Source: an uncultured bacterium
Lineage (GTDB): Bacteria > Fidelibacterota > Marinisomatia > Marinisomatales > Marinisomataceae
Length of the DNA: 64,000 bases
Assembly (NCBI GenBank): GCA_905182795.1
Contig: CAJJCZ010000006.1
Span: forward strand, 3,264 to 67,263
Reading direction: 5' to 3'
Below are positions 40,485 through 50,029 of the stretch, piece by piece. Each line of letters starts with the position of its first letter. The stretch's first letter is position 1. The notes under the pieces were generated by a model, which searched no databases, was not told where the DNA came from, and saw nothing but the letters and a program-made list of their open reading frames with translations. The translations under genes and the position numbers were made by a program.

Positions 40485-41143
40485 TAATAAACTTGATTAA
40501 AAATGAATTTCTTTTAGAGGTGAAATCATCAAATAATCTTTTCTATATAACATTTTTTTCTTTATCATGTTTGATGCTTTCTGTGTTTTCATTTCCTCCA
40601 TCTGAATTAAATGAGATTATTATTTTATCTGGATTTTTCTGGATTATTATTGCACTATCGTCTATCAAATTAATTGAAAATTCATTTGTACGCGAAAAAG
40701 AAGAAGGGATATATGATTTAATTTATACATCTCCAGCAGAAAATTATTTAGTCTTTTTAGCAAAATTAATTACGTTTTCTTTAATCTTACTCGGTGTACA
40801 ATTGTTTATTTTTATGATATATAGTTTGATATCTACTGTTATAGAGATTGACTTAATTTTTAAAGTTTTAGCACTCTGCTTATTATCTAATACTGGACTA
40901 ATTGGACTGGGGATACTTGTTTACTTAATGACCTCTTTAAACAGTACAAAAAGCTTTTTATTTCCACTTATTTTATTTCCTATGATTGTTCCTCTCTTGA
41001 TCCATTCTTCAAATATATTTATTTCGTTATGTTTAGGTAAAGAAATATCTTTTTATGCAGAATCGGTGTTGTTATTATTAACTTTTGCACTGATGTCGCT
41101 TATTTTGGGAATTAATTTTTTTGAAAGGTTAATAAAATACTAA
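40481..41143 (+). CDS. ccmB: Heme exporter membrane protein CcmB-like
   Basis: 220 aa with about six hydrophobic helices, located between ccmA and ccmC with 4-nt and 1-nt overlaps. The assignment rests mainly on context. Confidence 0.65.
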   Translation: MIINLIKNEFLLEVKSSNNLFYITFFSLSCLMLSVFSFPPSELNEIIILSGFFWIIIALSSIKLIENSFVREKEEGIYDLIYTSPAENYLVFLAKLITFSLILLGVQLFIFMIYSLISTVIEIDLIFKVLALCLLSNTGLIGLGILVYLMTSLNSTKSFLFPLILFPMIVPLLIHSSNIFISLCLGKEISFYAESVLLLLTFALMSLILGINFFERLIKY

Positions 41144-41790
41144 TGAATTTATCTTTATTTATGCTAGTAATGATTGTGATGACATGTAATTTAATATCAA
41201 TTATATTTTTGACTCCAATGGTTCCCGATCAAGAATGGGCACAAAAAATATTTTATCTTCATGTGCCTATAGCATGGTCTGGTTTTTTATCTTATTTTTT
41301 TGTGATGCTTTCAGGCGTTGCTTATCTTATTTCTAGAAATCTTAAATACGATAGAATTGGGCATGCAGCAGCAGAAATTGGTACAATATTTACAGGACTC
41401 GTATTATTAACAGGACCTATTTGGGCTACTCCTATTTGGGGAAAGCCATGGATTTGGGAACCAAGACTAGTTACTACGTTAGTTTTATTTGTTATCTATG
41501 TAGGATATTTTATTTTAAGAAATGTTGGAATCTACAGACAGAGGGTAGCTTTAATTTCTGCTATGATTGGAATTATTGCATTCTTAGATATTCCAATTAT
41601 ATTTATGTCAGTAAACTTTTGGGCAGCTGAAATTCAATCTCATCCTCAAGTAGAAATGAATAAACAACCATCAGGTATATTGACACCATTTCTATTTTCT
41701 TTATTTGCCTTTACTAGTCTCATGTTGACAATGTTATTTTTAAAAATCAAAGTTTTATATCTAGAAGACAAAGAGAAAAATTATGTATAA
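41143..41790 (+). CDS. ccmC: Heme exporter protein CcmC
   Basis: WWD-type motif WATPIWGKPWIWEPRLVTTLVLF plus conserved His contexts (YLHVPIAW). 215 aa. Confidence 0.85.
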   Translation: MNLSLFMLVMIVMTCNLISIIFLTPMVPDQEWAQKIFYLHVPIAWSGFLSYFFVMLSGVAYLISRNLKYDRIGHAAAEIGTIFTGLVLLTGPIWATPIWGKPWIWEPRLVTTLVLFVIYVGYFILRNVGIYRQRVALISAMIGIIAFLDIPIIFMSVNFWAAEIQSHPQVEMNKQPSGILTPFLFSLFAFTSLMLTMLFLKIKVLYLEDKEKNYV

Positions 41791-41884
41791 TTATTTAGAG
41801 TATTTTTTAGCAGCATTATTTATTGTTTTAGGAGTGTTATTAGTATGGTTTTTAGTAAATATGAAAAAAATCAAAAAATTATAA
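41783..41884 (+). CDS. 33-aa single-TM mini-ORF, CcmD-like
   Basis: It is not in the ORF track. ATG 41783 overlaps the ccmC stop by 8 nt. The product is MYNYLEYFLAALFIVLGVLLVWFLVNMKKIKKL*. One TM helix plus a basic tail in the position after ccmC fits CcmD. Confidence 0.5.
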   Translation: MYNYLEYFLAALFIVLGVLLVWFLVNMKKIKKL

Positions 41885-41951
41885 ATAATCATTTTTTAAT
41901 ATCATTATTTACTATATTTTTTAACTTAAATTTTAATTATTCTAAGAGGAT

Positions 41952-43025
41952 ATGAGTAAAATGGAAAGAAAAATTGTACATGTCATTGGTACCGGAACAA
42001 TCGGTGAACCATTAATTGGAATCCTGTGCGAACAGAAAAGTAATTTAGGTATTGATGAGGTTACATTTCATAAACATTCACCTCTCACAAAAGACAAGCC
42101 AAAAATTGATAATCTAATCAAAAAAGGTGCAAGACTATCTGTACTTGAAGATAGGATTGATACTTTTAAAGCTGTTGGTCTTGAACCAGAATTTACACTA
42201 GAAGAAGCTATTGCTAGAAGCTCGGTTGTGATTGATTGCACTCCAGGTGGATCTGGTCTTTTAAATAAAGAGAAATACTACAATAAATATACTGATAAGG
42301 TAAAAGGATTTTTAGCTCAAGGTAGTGAAAATGGATTTGGTAAAAAATATGCACGAGGAATTAATGATCATGTTATTAATTCTGAGGATCAATTTTTACA
42401 AATTGTATCATGTAATACACATAATATTGCATGCCTAGTCAACACCTTAGGATTAAGTATTGCACCCGATAATCTTGTAAGTGGTAAGTTTGTTTGTATT
42501 CGTAGAAGTAATGACATTAGTCAAGCCAGTGGATATGTACCTGCACCAACAGTGAATGTTCATGCCCATCAAGATTATGGAACACATCATGCTGAAGACG
42601 CTGTTGGATTGTTTAAGACCATGAATCTTGATTTAGATCTTTTTTCTTCAGCTTTAAAAATTAATACACAATATATGCACACTGTATGGTTCAATCTTAA
42701 GGTTAAAGAGCCTACCTCTAAAGAAAAAGTAGTAGAATTATTAAGTCATAATGATAGAATTGCATTAACCGAACATAGGGCATCAAATGCCGTCTTCTCT
42801 TTTGGAAGAGATCAAGGACAATACGGAAGAATTTTAAATCAAACAGTAGTTGTTGAAGATTCTATCAATGTTAAGGATGGGCATGAAATATCTGGGTTTT
42901 GTTTTACACCTCAAGATGGAAACTCTATTTTATCAAGTATTGCGGCAACGGTAAAATTTTTAAATCCACATTCTTATCAAGACAAGATCGCTTCTTTGAA
43001 TCCATTCTTTTTTCAAAGAATTTAA
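41952..43025 (+). CDS. Type II (archaeal-type) glyceraldehyde-3-phosphate dehydrogenase-like NAD(P) oxidoreductase
   Basis: N-terminal Rossmann motif VHVIGTGTIGEPL, VVIDCTPGGSG and the active-site context LQIVSCNTHNIACLVNTL, which resembles the archaeal GAPDH VSCNTT motif. 357 aa. Confidence 0.5.
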   Translation: MSKMERKIVHVIGTGTIGEPLIGILCEQKSNLGIDEVTFHKHSPLTKDKPKIDNLIKKGARLSVLEDRIDTFKAVGLEPEFTLEEAIARSSVVIDCTPGGSGLLNKEKYYNKYTDKVKGFLAQGSENGFGKKYARGINDHVINSEDQFLQIVSCNTHNIACLVNTLGLSIAPDNLVSGKFVCIRRSNDISQASGYVPAPTVNVHAHQDYGTHHAEDAVGLFKTMNLDLDLFSSALKINTQYMHTVWFNLKVKEPTSKEKVVELLSHNDRIALTEHRASNAVFSFGRDQGQYGRILNQTVVVEDSINVKDGHEISGFCFTPQDGNSILSSIAATVKFLNPHSYQDKIASLNPFFFQRI

Positions 43026-43657
43026 TGGTAAAATATCAGAGAATTGTTACCAAGCTGCTCGAAGAAAATACATATGTTATCTTCAATGAAAAGAATGACT
43101 GTGTCATTATAGATCCAGGATTTGGTTTTGAACTAATTGATTCATTCATTCAATCAAAAAATTTATCTCCCATAGCTATATTAGCAACCCATGGACATTT
43201 TGATCATCTTGCAGGCGCTGCAGATCTTATAGATAAATATAATCTCCCTCTATATGTTTGTGATAAAGACAAATTGGTGGTAGATAATTTTGATAGGGCG
43301 GCAGGATATTGGGGTGTAGAAGCAAGAAAACCTACGGTTTCTCATTGGATTGATTCAACTGATAAACAGCTAACCATAGGAGACTTTTCTTTTTCTATCA
43401 TATTTAATCCTGGACATTCTCCGGGATGTATAAGCTTTATTATCAGTAATCTAATATTTTGTGGAGATTTAATATTTAAAGGATCTATTGGAAGAACAGA
43501 TCTTCCTTTAAGTAGTCCAAGAGATATGGCAACATCATTGAAATTCTTTGTAAATTCTTTTACAAGTGATCACGCCTTATTAACAGGACATGGAGAAGAG
43601 ACAACTCTTTACGGAGAGTTGAAAACTAATCCTTATTTGATGAAATATGAAAAATAA
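43025..43657 (+). CDS. MBL-fold metallo-hydrolase (glyoxalase II-like)
   Basis: ATHGHFDHLAGA (HxHxDH), PGHSPG and GDLIFKGSIGRTD. ATG 43025 (TAATG overlap with the upstream stop) is preferred to the track's 42899 start, which lies inside the preceding gene. Confidence 0.8.
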   Translation: MVKYQRIVTKLLEENTYVIFNEKNDCVIIDPGFGFELIDSFIQSKNLSPIAILATHGHFDHLAGAADLIDKYNLPLYVCDKDKLVVDNFDRAAGYWGVEARKPTVSHWIDSTDKQLTIGDFSFSIIFNPGHSPGCISFIISNLIFCGDLIFKGSIGRTDLPLSSPRDMATSLKFFVNSFTSDHALLTGHGEETTLYGELKTNPYLMKYEK

Positions 43658-44978
43658 AATTATTGCTAACATTGAAAGTTTACAAAGTCAAAAAAAACAA
43701 CATTTTCTTTTAGCGGTATCCGGCGGTATAGACTCCATGGTAATGTTAGATTTTTTTAATAACAACTCTAAGTTAGCTGATATTTCTGTATGCTATGTGA
43801 ATCATCATTATCATTCTCGTAGTGATGAGATGAGTAAGTTAGTCTCAACTTATTGCTCTGATAATAGTATTCCATATATGGAATCTTCAATTAATCTATC
43901 TAAAGTAAAAAATAATATAGAGGCACAGTTTCGAAAAAAAAGATATTTTGAGCTCAAGAAATCTTGTAAAAAAGTTAATGCAGATTATGTTGTTACCGCT
44001 CATCATGCTGCGGATCAGATTGAAACTATTTTAATGAAAATTTTAAATTCCTCTAGTTTTAATTCTATGAGAGGTATTCAAATATTAAATAATGATATTT
44101 TTAGACCTATGATTAATATTACAAAAGATGAAATTCTTGCATATGCTAAGAAGAATAAAGTTGCTCATATTTCAGATCCAACAAATAAAGATACTGGATT
44201 AACCCGAAACTTTCTTAGAAAAAAAGTGATTCCATTATTAGAGGAGATTAAACCTAATCTTTATCAACCATTTGAAGATTTTCAAAATAAGACTAGCGAT
44301 GTAGAAGATTTATTACAATTTACAACTGATGAGTTTATTAAATCTGACGATATATCATTTTCTCAAGATATTTATTATATGAATAAAAAAAGGTTTTTAG
44401 CACTACCATTTTTATTAAAAATTAATATCATAAAAAAAATATTATCGAAAGAAGTTGAATTCTATTTCTCTAAAAATTTATTAGCAGAATTAAGTGCATT
44501 TTTAAATAAAGAAGTTATTGGTAGCGAAAAAATGATTAATAACACCAAAATCTTAATTGATAGAGATTGTATCCTATTAACAGAAAAGTTAGATACAATG
44601 CCTATATATCGTGAGGTAAAAGCAGGAGAATTAATGGAAAATGATGAATTCTCATTTTCTTGGGACTATGATAAAAAGCCAAATAATTTTTTAAAAGATC
44701 CAACATTTGAATATGTTGATGCAGAACATTTTAATAAAAAATTAATTGTGAGAAATATTAATAATAATGACACATTCAGTCCGTTAGGTTTATCTGGAAC
44801 AAAAAAAGTGAATGAATATTTAACTGATCAAAAAGTGTCTGCTTTTGAAAAATTGAAAACCATTGCAATTTGTAATGAAAAAGAGATTGTTTGGGTGGCG
44901 GGAAAGCAAATTAGTAATAATTATAAGCTAACCAGAAACAGCAAGTTAGTTGCAAAACTAAATTTCTTTAAGAAATAG
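43647..44978 (+). CDS. tilS: tRNA(Ile)-lysidine synthase
   Basis: PP-loop LLAVSGGIDSMVML, plus TAHHAADQIETILM. 443 aa. Confidence 0.85.
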   Translation: MKNKIIANIESLQSQKKQHFLLAVSGGIDSMVMLDFFNNNSKLADISVCYVNHHYHSRSDEMSKLVSTYCSDNSIPYMESSINLSKVKNNIEAQFRKKRYFELKKSCKKVNADYVVTAHHAADQIETILMKILNSSSFNSMRGIQILNNDIFRPMINITKDEILAYAKKNKVAHISDPTNKDTGLTRNFLRKKVIPLLEEIKPNLYQPFEDFQNKTSDVEDLLQFTTDEFIKSDDISFSQDIYYMNKKRFLALPFLLKINIIKKILSKEVEFYFSKNLLAELSAFLNKEVIGSEKMINNTKILIDRDCILLTEKLDTMPIYREVKAGELMENDEFSFSWDYDKKPNNFLKDPTFEYVDAEHFNKKLIVRNINNNDTFSPLGLSGTKKVNEYLTDQKVSAFEKLKTIAICNEKEIVWVAGKQISNNYKLTRNSKLVAKLNFFKK

Positions 44979-45015
44979 TTTTTTTAGTAACCATTTTTAT
45001 TAAATTCTTTTCCAA

Positions 45016-46926
45016 ATGAAAAAGCCAGTAAAAAAAAACAAAAAACAATTAAAAGGAAAACCTAAAGCAAAAAACTCAAGTTCTTTTGTATGGCTTGCAG
45101 TACTATTTTTTGTTGTGATGTCTTTGTCCTTGCTACCAAATGAATCAGCAAACGAAGTAGAAATTTCTTATAATACATATAAAGAACTCCTATCGGATAA
45201 TAAAATAAAAGAGGCATCTATTGAAAATGATAATTCATTTCATGGAGAGCTATTAATTCCTGCAACATTAATTAATAAGAATGGAGCAGAATTTACAGAA
45301 AGAGCTTTTTTTGTTGTTTACTTACCATCAGACTATACAGATCAGATTAAAATTTGGGATGAAAAAAGTATTGAATATAATTTTGAAGGAGATAAAATTG
45401 ATTGGACTAGAACCTTGATTGGTTTTGCTCCATGGCTATTATTAATTGCATTTTGGATATTTATGATTAGAAGAATGCAAGGTTCAAATAGCGGAATGAA
45501 TAATGTTTTTAGCTTTGGAAAAAGTAAAGCAAAAGTGTTTTCTTCAAATCAAAAGAAAGTAAAGTTTGGTGATGTTGCTGGATGTATAGAGGCAAAAGAA
45601 GAGTTAGAAGAAGTTATTGCTTATTTAAAAAGTCCAAAGAAATTTGAAAAATTAGGTGGAAAAATTCCAAGAGGTGTATTGTTAGTGGGACCACCTGGAA
45701 CTGGAAAAACTTTGCTAGCTAGAGCTGTAGCTGGGGAGTCTAGTGTTCCATTTTTTAGTATTAGTGGCGCTGATTTTGTTGAAATGTTTGTACGAGTAGG
45801 TGCTTCAAGAGTACGCGATCTATTTGAGCAAGCAAATAAGACTGCTCCTGCTATTATATTTATAGATGAGTTAGATGCAGTGGGTCGTCAAAGGGGAGCT
45901 GGATTAGGTGGAGGTCATGATGAAAGAGAGCAAACTCTAAATCAATTATTAGTAGAGCTAGATGGTTTCGAAAATAATAGTAGTGTTATCGTGATGGCTG
46001 CAACTAATAGACCAGACGTACTAGACTCTGCATTATTAAGGCCGGGAAGATTTGATCGTCAAGTTGTAGTAGATGTTCCCGACTTACAGGGAAGACATGA
46101 TATCTTAAAAATACATACGAAAAAAATTAAAATGGATGCAAAGTCTGTTAAGCTAAAAGATATCGCAAAAGGTACACCAGGTATGGTTGGTGCTGACTTA
46201 GCAAATCTTGTTAATGAAGCAGCGCTTTTAGCATCTAGAAGAAGAAAATCTAGCGTAGATAATAATGATTTTGAAGAAGCAAAAGATAAAGTTATAATGG
46301 GAGTGCAGAGGAAAAGCATGATCTTATCTGACGATGAGAAAAAGGTAACAGCATATCATGAAGCTGGACATGCTGTGGTAGCCATTTTTTCTCCTGAAGC
46401 AGATCCTGTTCATAAAGTTACTATTATCCCAAGAGGAAGAGCTCTTGGTGTAACAATGCAACTGCCTTTAGACGAAAAACATGGATATTCTAAGACATAT
46501 ATCTTGAGCAGATTAGCAGTAATGATGGGTGGACGATCAGCTGAAGAAATAATATTTAATGAAATTACTACAGGCGCTTCAAATGATATTGAAAGGGCTA
46601 CAAGTATTGCAAGAAAAATGGTTTGTGAGTGGGGTATGAGCGATGAAATGGGACCTATGTCATTCGGCAAAAAAAATGAAGAGATATTCCTAGGCAGAGA
46701 AATTCAATCACATAGAGATTATAGTGAACAGACTGCTCAGAAAATAGACCATGAAGTGGTAAGTTTTATTAAGAATGCACAAAAAGTTTCCCATAAAATT
46801 TTAACAGATAATATAGATTTACTTAACTTAATGGCTCAACAGCTATTAGAGCATGAAACAATTGATGAAGATGACATTAAATTGCTAGTTGCTGGAAAAA
46901 AACTCTCAAAAAAAATCAATAAATAA
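45016..46926 (+). CDS. ftsH: ATP-dependent zinc metalloprotease FtsH
   Basis: Two TM segments, AAA+ Walker [18 protein letters not shown], Walker [32 protein letters not shown] and the Zn motif HEAGHAV. Confidence 0.95.
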   Translation: MKKPVKKNKKQLKGKPKAKNSSSFVWLAVLFFVVMSLSLLPNESANEVEISYNTYKELLSDNKIKEASIENDNSFHGELLIPATLINKNGAEFTERAFFVVYLPSDYTDQIKIWDEKSIEYNFEGDKIDWTRTLIGFAPWLLLIAFWIFMIRRMQGSNSGMNNVFSFGKSKAKVFSSNQKKVKFGDVAGCIEAKEELEEVIAYLKSPKKFEKLGGKIPRGVLLVGPPGTGKTLLARAVAGESSVPFFSISGADFVEMFVRVGASRVRDLFEQANKTAPAIIFIDELDAVGRQRGAGLGGGHDEREQTLNQLLVELDGFENNSSVIVMAATNRPDVLDSALLRPGRFDRQVVVDVPDLQGRHDILKIHTKKIKMDAKSVKLKDIAKGTPGMVGADLANLVNEAALLASRRRKSSVDNNDFEEAKDKVIMGVQRKSMILSDDEKKVTAYHEAGHAVVAIFSPEADPVHKVTIIPRGRALGVTMQLPLDEKHGYSKTYILSRLAVMMGGRSAEEIIFNEITTGASNDIERATSIARKMVCEWGMSDEMGPMSFGKKNEEIFLGREIQSHRDYSEQTAQKIDHEVVSFIKNAQKVSHKILTDNIDLLNLMAQQLLEHETIDEDDIKLLVAGKKLSKKINK

Positions 46927-46928
46927 TA

Positions 46929-47780
46929 GTGAATATTTCGGAATTAAATGATTGGTTGCTATCAAAAAACCAAGAACCACTTATTGTAGGAGTATTGAAT
47001 GTCACTCCAGATTCTTTCACCGATGGTGGTAAATTTTTAGACCCTAACACCGCTGTAAATCATGCTATGGATATGATTCATAATGGTGCAGATATTATTG
47101 ATATAGGAGGAGAATCTACAAGACCTTTCTCTGATTCGGTATCTGAAGAAGAAGAATTATCTCGAGTGATATCTATAATACAAAAGATACGAGAAAAAAC
47201 AAATATAGCAATCTCCATAGACACGACAAAATCTGTAGTTGCTGAGAAAGCATGTGATGTAGGAGCAAATATTGTTAATGATATTAGTGCATTATCATTT
47301 GATGATTCTATGATTAATGTTGTTAGTAGGTATGACTGTCCTATTATTTTGATGCATATGATCGGAAATCCCAAGACAATGCAGGAAAGTCCTTCATATA
47401 AGAATATTATATCTGAAATTATTAATCATTTATTAGATAGGGCTAGTTTTGCTTTAAAGAATGGAGTAAAAAAACATAATATTATTCTAGATCCAGGTAT
47501 TGGGTTCGGTAAAACAATAGAAGATAATTTTACTATTATAAATAATATAGATAAATTTACTAATCTTGGTTATCCAGTATTAATTGGAGCATCAAGAAAA
47601 TCATTCATTGGTAAAACTTTGGATGTAGATGAGAATGATAGAGTCGAAGGAACTATAGCATCTAATATTATAGCTTTTGATAGAGGATGTAAGATGTTTA
47701 GAGTTCATGATATTAAGGAAACAAAAAGAGCATTAATTATTGCGAATAAAATTTTTAATTCAAACACTTTAAATACCTAA
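46929..47780 (+). CDS. folP: Dihydropteroate synthase
   Basis: GVLNVTPDSFTDGG, DIGGESTRP and DPGIGFGK motifs. GTG start. Confidence 0.9.
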   Translation: MNISELNDWLLSKNQEPLIVGVLNVTPDSFTDGGKFLDPNTAVNHAMDMIHNGADIIDIGGESTRPFSDSVSEEEELSRVISIIQKIREKTNIAISIDTTKSVVAEKACDVGANIVNDISALSFDDSMINVVSRYDCPIILMHMIGNPKTMQESPSYKNIISEIINHLLDRASFALKNGVKKHNIILDPGIGFGKTIEDNFTIINNIDKFTNLGYPVLIGASRKSFIGKTLDVDENDRVEGTIASNIIAFDRGCKMFRVHDIKETKRALIIANKIFNSNTLNT

Positions 47781-47790
47781 ATTATACTAT

Positions 47791-48564
47791 ATGAATTTAT
47801 TTGAAATCAGCTTTATAAAATTTACACTTACCGATTTATTTGATCTGGTACTTATTTCATTTATTTTCTCCTACGCATATTCTTATTTCAGGGGAACGAG
47901 AGGTGGACAAATGTTAATTGGTCTATTAATCCTCTTTTTTGCAGGATTTATTGTTAATCTTTTTGGCTTCAGAGCCACTTCATGGTTATTAAATTTATTT
48001 CAAACAGTTTGGGTGGTTGTCTTTGTTATTTTATTTCAACCAGAAATTAGAAGGCTATTAACTGCTCTTGGCCAAAATAGAATTTTAAGAAAGCTATTTC
48101 AAATTGAAAAACTTTCTATACAACAAGAAATCATCACATGTATTAGCGAAATTAAGAAAAATAAATGGGGTGCTATTATTATTTTTGAAAGAGAAAATTC
48201 TTTAAAGACTTTTAGTGATGATGGAGTAAGAATGGGAGCAGTATTTAGCCCCGAATTGTTAGTTTCAATTTTTAATCCTTCTTCGCCACTGCATGATGGA
48301 GCTGTTATTATTCATAGTAATATCATTGAAGCTGCTGCATGTATTTTACCATTAACAGAAAGTAAGACCTTAAATCCAGAAATGGGTACGAGACATAGAG
48401 CTGCATTAGGTATTTCAGAAGAAAGTGATGCTCTTGCTTTAGTCTTATCCGAAGAAACTGGAAAAATATCTATCGCAGAGAATGGTTATTTTATAAGTTC
48501 TGCACTTACTTTAGATGAGCTAAGTATCATCTTAAAAGAAAAAATGAACCATATAGGGGATTAG
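47791..48564 (+). CDS. cdaA: Diadenylate cyclase CdaA (c-di-AMP synthase), membrane-anchored
   Basis: Three N-terminal TM helices. DAC-domain motifs PLHDGAVII (DGA) and GTRHRAALG (RHR). Confidence 0.9.
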   Translation: MNLFEISFIKFTLTDLFDLVLISFIFSYAYSYFRGTRGGQMLIGLLILFFAGFIVNLFGFRATSWLLNLFQTVWVVVFVILFQPEIRRLLTALGQNRILRKLFQIEKLSIQQEIITCISEIKKNKWGAIIIFERENSLKTFSDDGVRMGAVFSPELLVSIFNPSSPLHDGAVIIHSNIIEAAACILPLTESKTLNPEMGTRHRAALGISEESDALALVLSEETGKISIAENGYFISSALTLDELSIILKEKMNHIGD

Positions 48565-48568
48565 TAAT

Positions 48569-50029
48569 ATGTTAAAAGAAAAAATTATGGACTTAATGAA
48601 GAGGTCAGATTTTATGACTCTCTCTACTAGTGTTTCAGGAAATTCGTCGGCTGCAAATGTCTACTTCGCAAATGATGGCTTAGATATATATTTTTTTACA
48701 TTCAACCCTACTAGAAAAGCTGTTCAAATTAACTTTAATCCAAAAGTTCAATGTGTAGTTAGACCTGATGGAGAAGATGGAATTAAAGAGCTTCAAATCG
48801 ATGGGTATGCTAAAAAAATAACAGATCAAGCAGAGAAGGATAAAGCTAGAGAAGCAGTACTAAAGGTTACAGAAGCTTTTTCTGAGTATATGCATGATGA
48901 TTTTTTAATTGCTAATGATGTAGTAGGTTATTATAAAATAAAACCAACCGTAATTAAGTATGTCGATTTCTTTGCTGAAACTCAGTTTGAATGGATGGAA
49001 ATACCGGAAAATAGACCAAGTATGTCTTCAGAATGGCTTGGTGGATTAGGTAGAACAATTAAACGATGGATGACTATTGTTAGAGCGCCATTCTTAACAG
49101 CAACTATTGCCCCAATTTTATTGGGATCAGCCATTGCTTATAAGCAATTTGGTACATTTGATTGGTCAATTTTTTGGCTTGTATTATTAGGAGGAGTATT
49201 TGCACAATGTGGTACGAATACCATCAATGATTATTTCGATCATAAGTCTAGAACAGATGAGCTTAATAAACTGGCTAGTCCTTTTAATGGCGGATCAAGA
49301 GCGATTCAATCTGGGGTAATCACTCCAGCAAATATGCTATTAGTCTCAGTATTATTTTTTGGTCTTACAATTGGAATTGGATTAGAGTTAAATAATCTTC
49401 TGTTTGAAAATTATTTTGCCATGTCAATATTAATGTATTTGGGATTGATAGGAGTATTTCTTGGTATAATGTATACTGGTTTTTTAAAGTTGGCTTATAA
49501 TGGATTTGGAGATTTGGCAGTATTTATAGGATTTGGACCTTTGATGGTTTACGGTGCAGCATACATGCAAAATCAGTCTGTTGATCCGATAACCACTTTA
49601 TTATTTTCAATCCCTGTTGGAATATTTATTGCATTAGTATTATTTATAAATTGCTTTCAAGACTATAATGCCGATAAAGCAGCAAATAAAAATAGTTGGG
49701 TTGTTAGGCTAGCTGGTCCTGGAGATAAAGCAAATTATAGAAATCCATTTAAAGTATGGAAGAACCTAATGCTATTATCATTTGCTATAATTTTTGGTGT
49801 ATCATTGTATACTGGTGAACTATTTACATTAATAGCCTTACTTCCTTTACTGATATTTAATTTTGCTTCAAAAAAAGGCAGCAGCTGGTTAGATGAATGG
49901 GAAAAAGAAGATGCAAATCTTCAACAGCTTCCATATGAATTGTTAATTGTTAATGTTTCTACAATCGGCATTCACTTCTTAACTGGAATATTGCTCACAT
50001 TAGGAATCTTGATTAGTACATGGATTTAA
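48569..50029 (+). CDS. Fusion protein: N-terminal pyridoxamine-5'-phosphate-oxidase-like (FMN-binding split-barrel) domain plus a C-terminal UbiA/MenA-family polyprenyltransferase
   Basis: Residues about 1-150 are soluble and PNPOx-like (FMTLSTSVSGNSSAANVYFANDGLDIYFFT ... GYYKIKPTVIKYVDF). Residues about 170-486 are polytopic and carry the MenA/UbiA Asp-rich motif NTINDYFDHKSRTD and a second motif region (CFQDYNADK). Confidence 0.7.
   Translation: MLKEKIMDLMKRSDFMTLSTSVSGNSSAANVYFANDGLDIYFFTFNPTRKAVQINFNPKVQCVVRPDGEDGIKELQIDGYAKKITDQAEKDKAREAVLKVTEAFSEYMHDDFLIANDVVGYYKIKPTVIKYVDFFAETQFEWMEIPENRPSMSSEWLGGLGRTIKRWMTIVRAPFLTATIAPILLGSAIAYKQFGTFDWSIFWLVLLGGVFAQCGTNTINDYFDHKSRTDELNKLASPFNGGSRAIQSGVITPANMLLVSVLFFGLTIGIGLELNNLLFENYFAMSILMYLGLIGVFLGIMYTGFLKLAYNGFGDLAVFIGFGPLMVYGAAYMQNQSVDPITTLLFSIPVGIFIALVLFINCFQDYNADKAANKNSWVVRLAGPGDKANYRNPFKVWKNLMLLSFAIIFGVSLYTGELFTLIALLPLLIFNFASKKGSSWLDEWEKEDANLQQLPYELLIVNVSTIGIHFLTGILLTLGILISTWI

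Noticed and set aside
42899-43024. The track's long N-terminal extension of the MBL hydrolase (start 42899). Similar extensions occur for cmk (5972), nqrB (23163), nhaD (28795), nrnA (30645), the mutase (35779) and the thioredoxin-like gene (17153).
   Set aside because: The extensions overlap the preceding gene or add non-conserved residues before a canonical N-terminus. An in-frame ATG or GTG with better spacing exists in each case.
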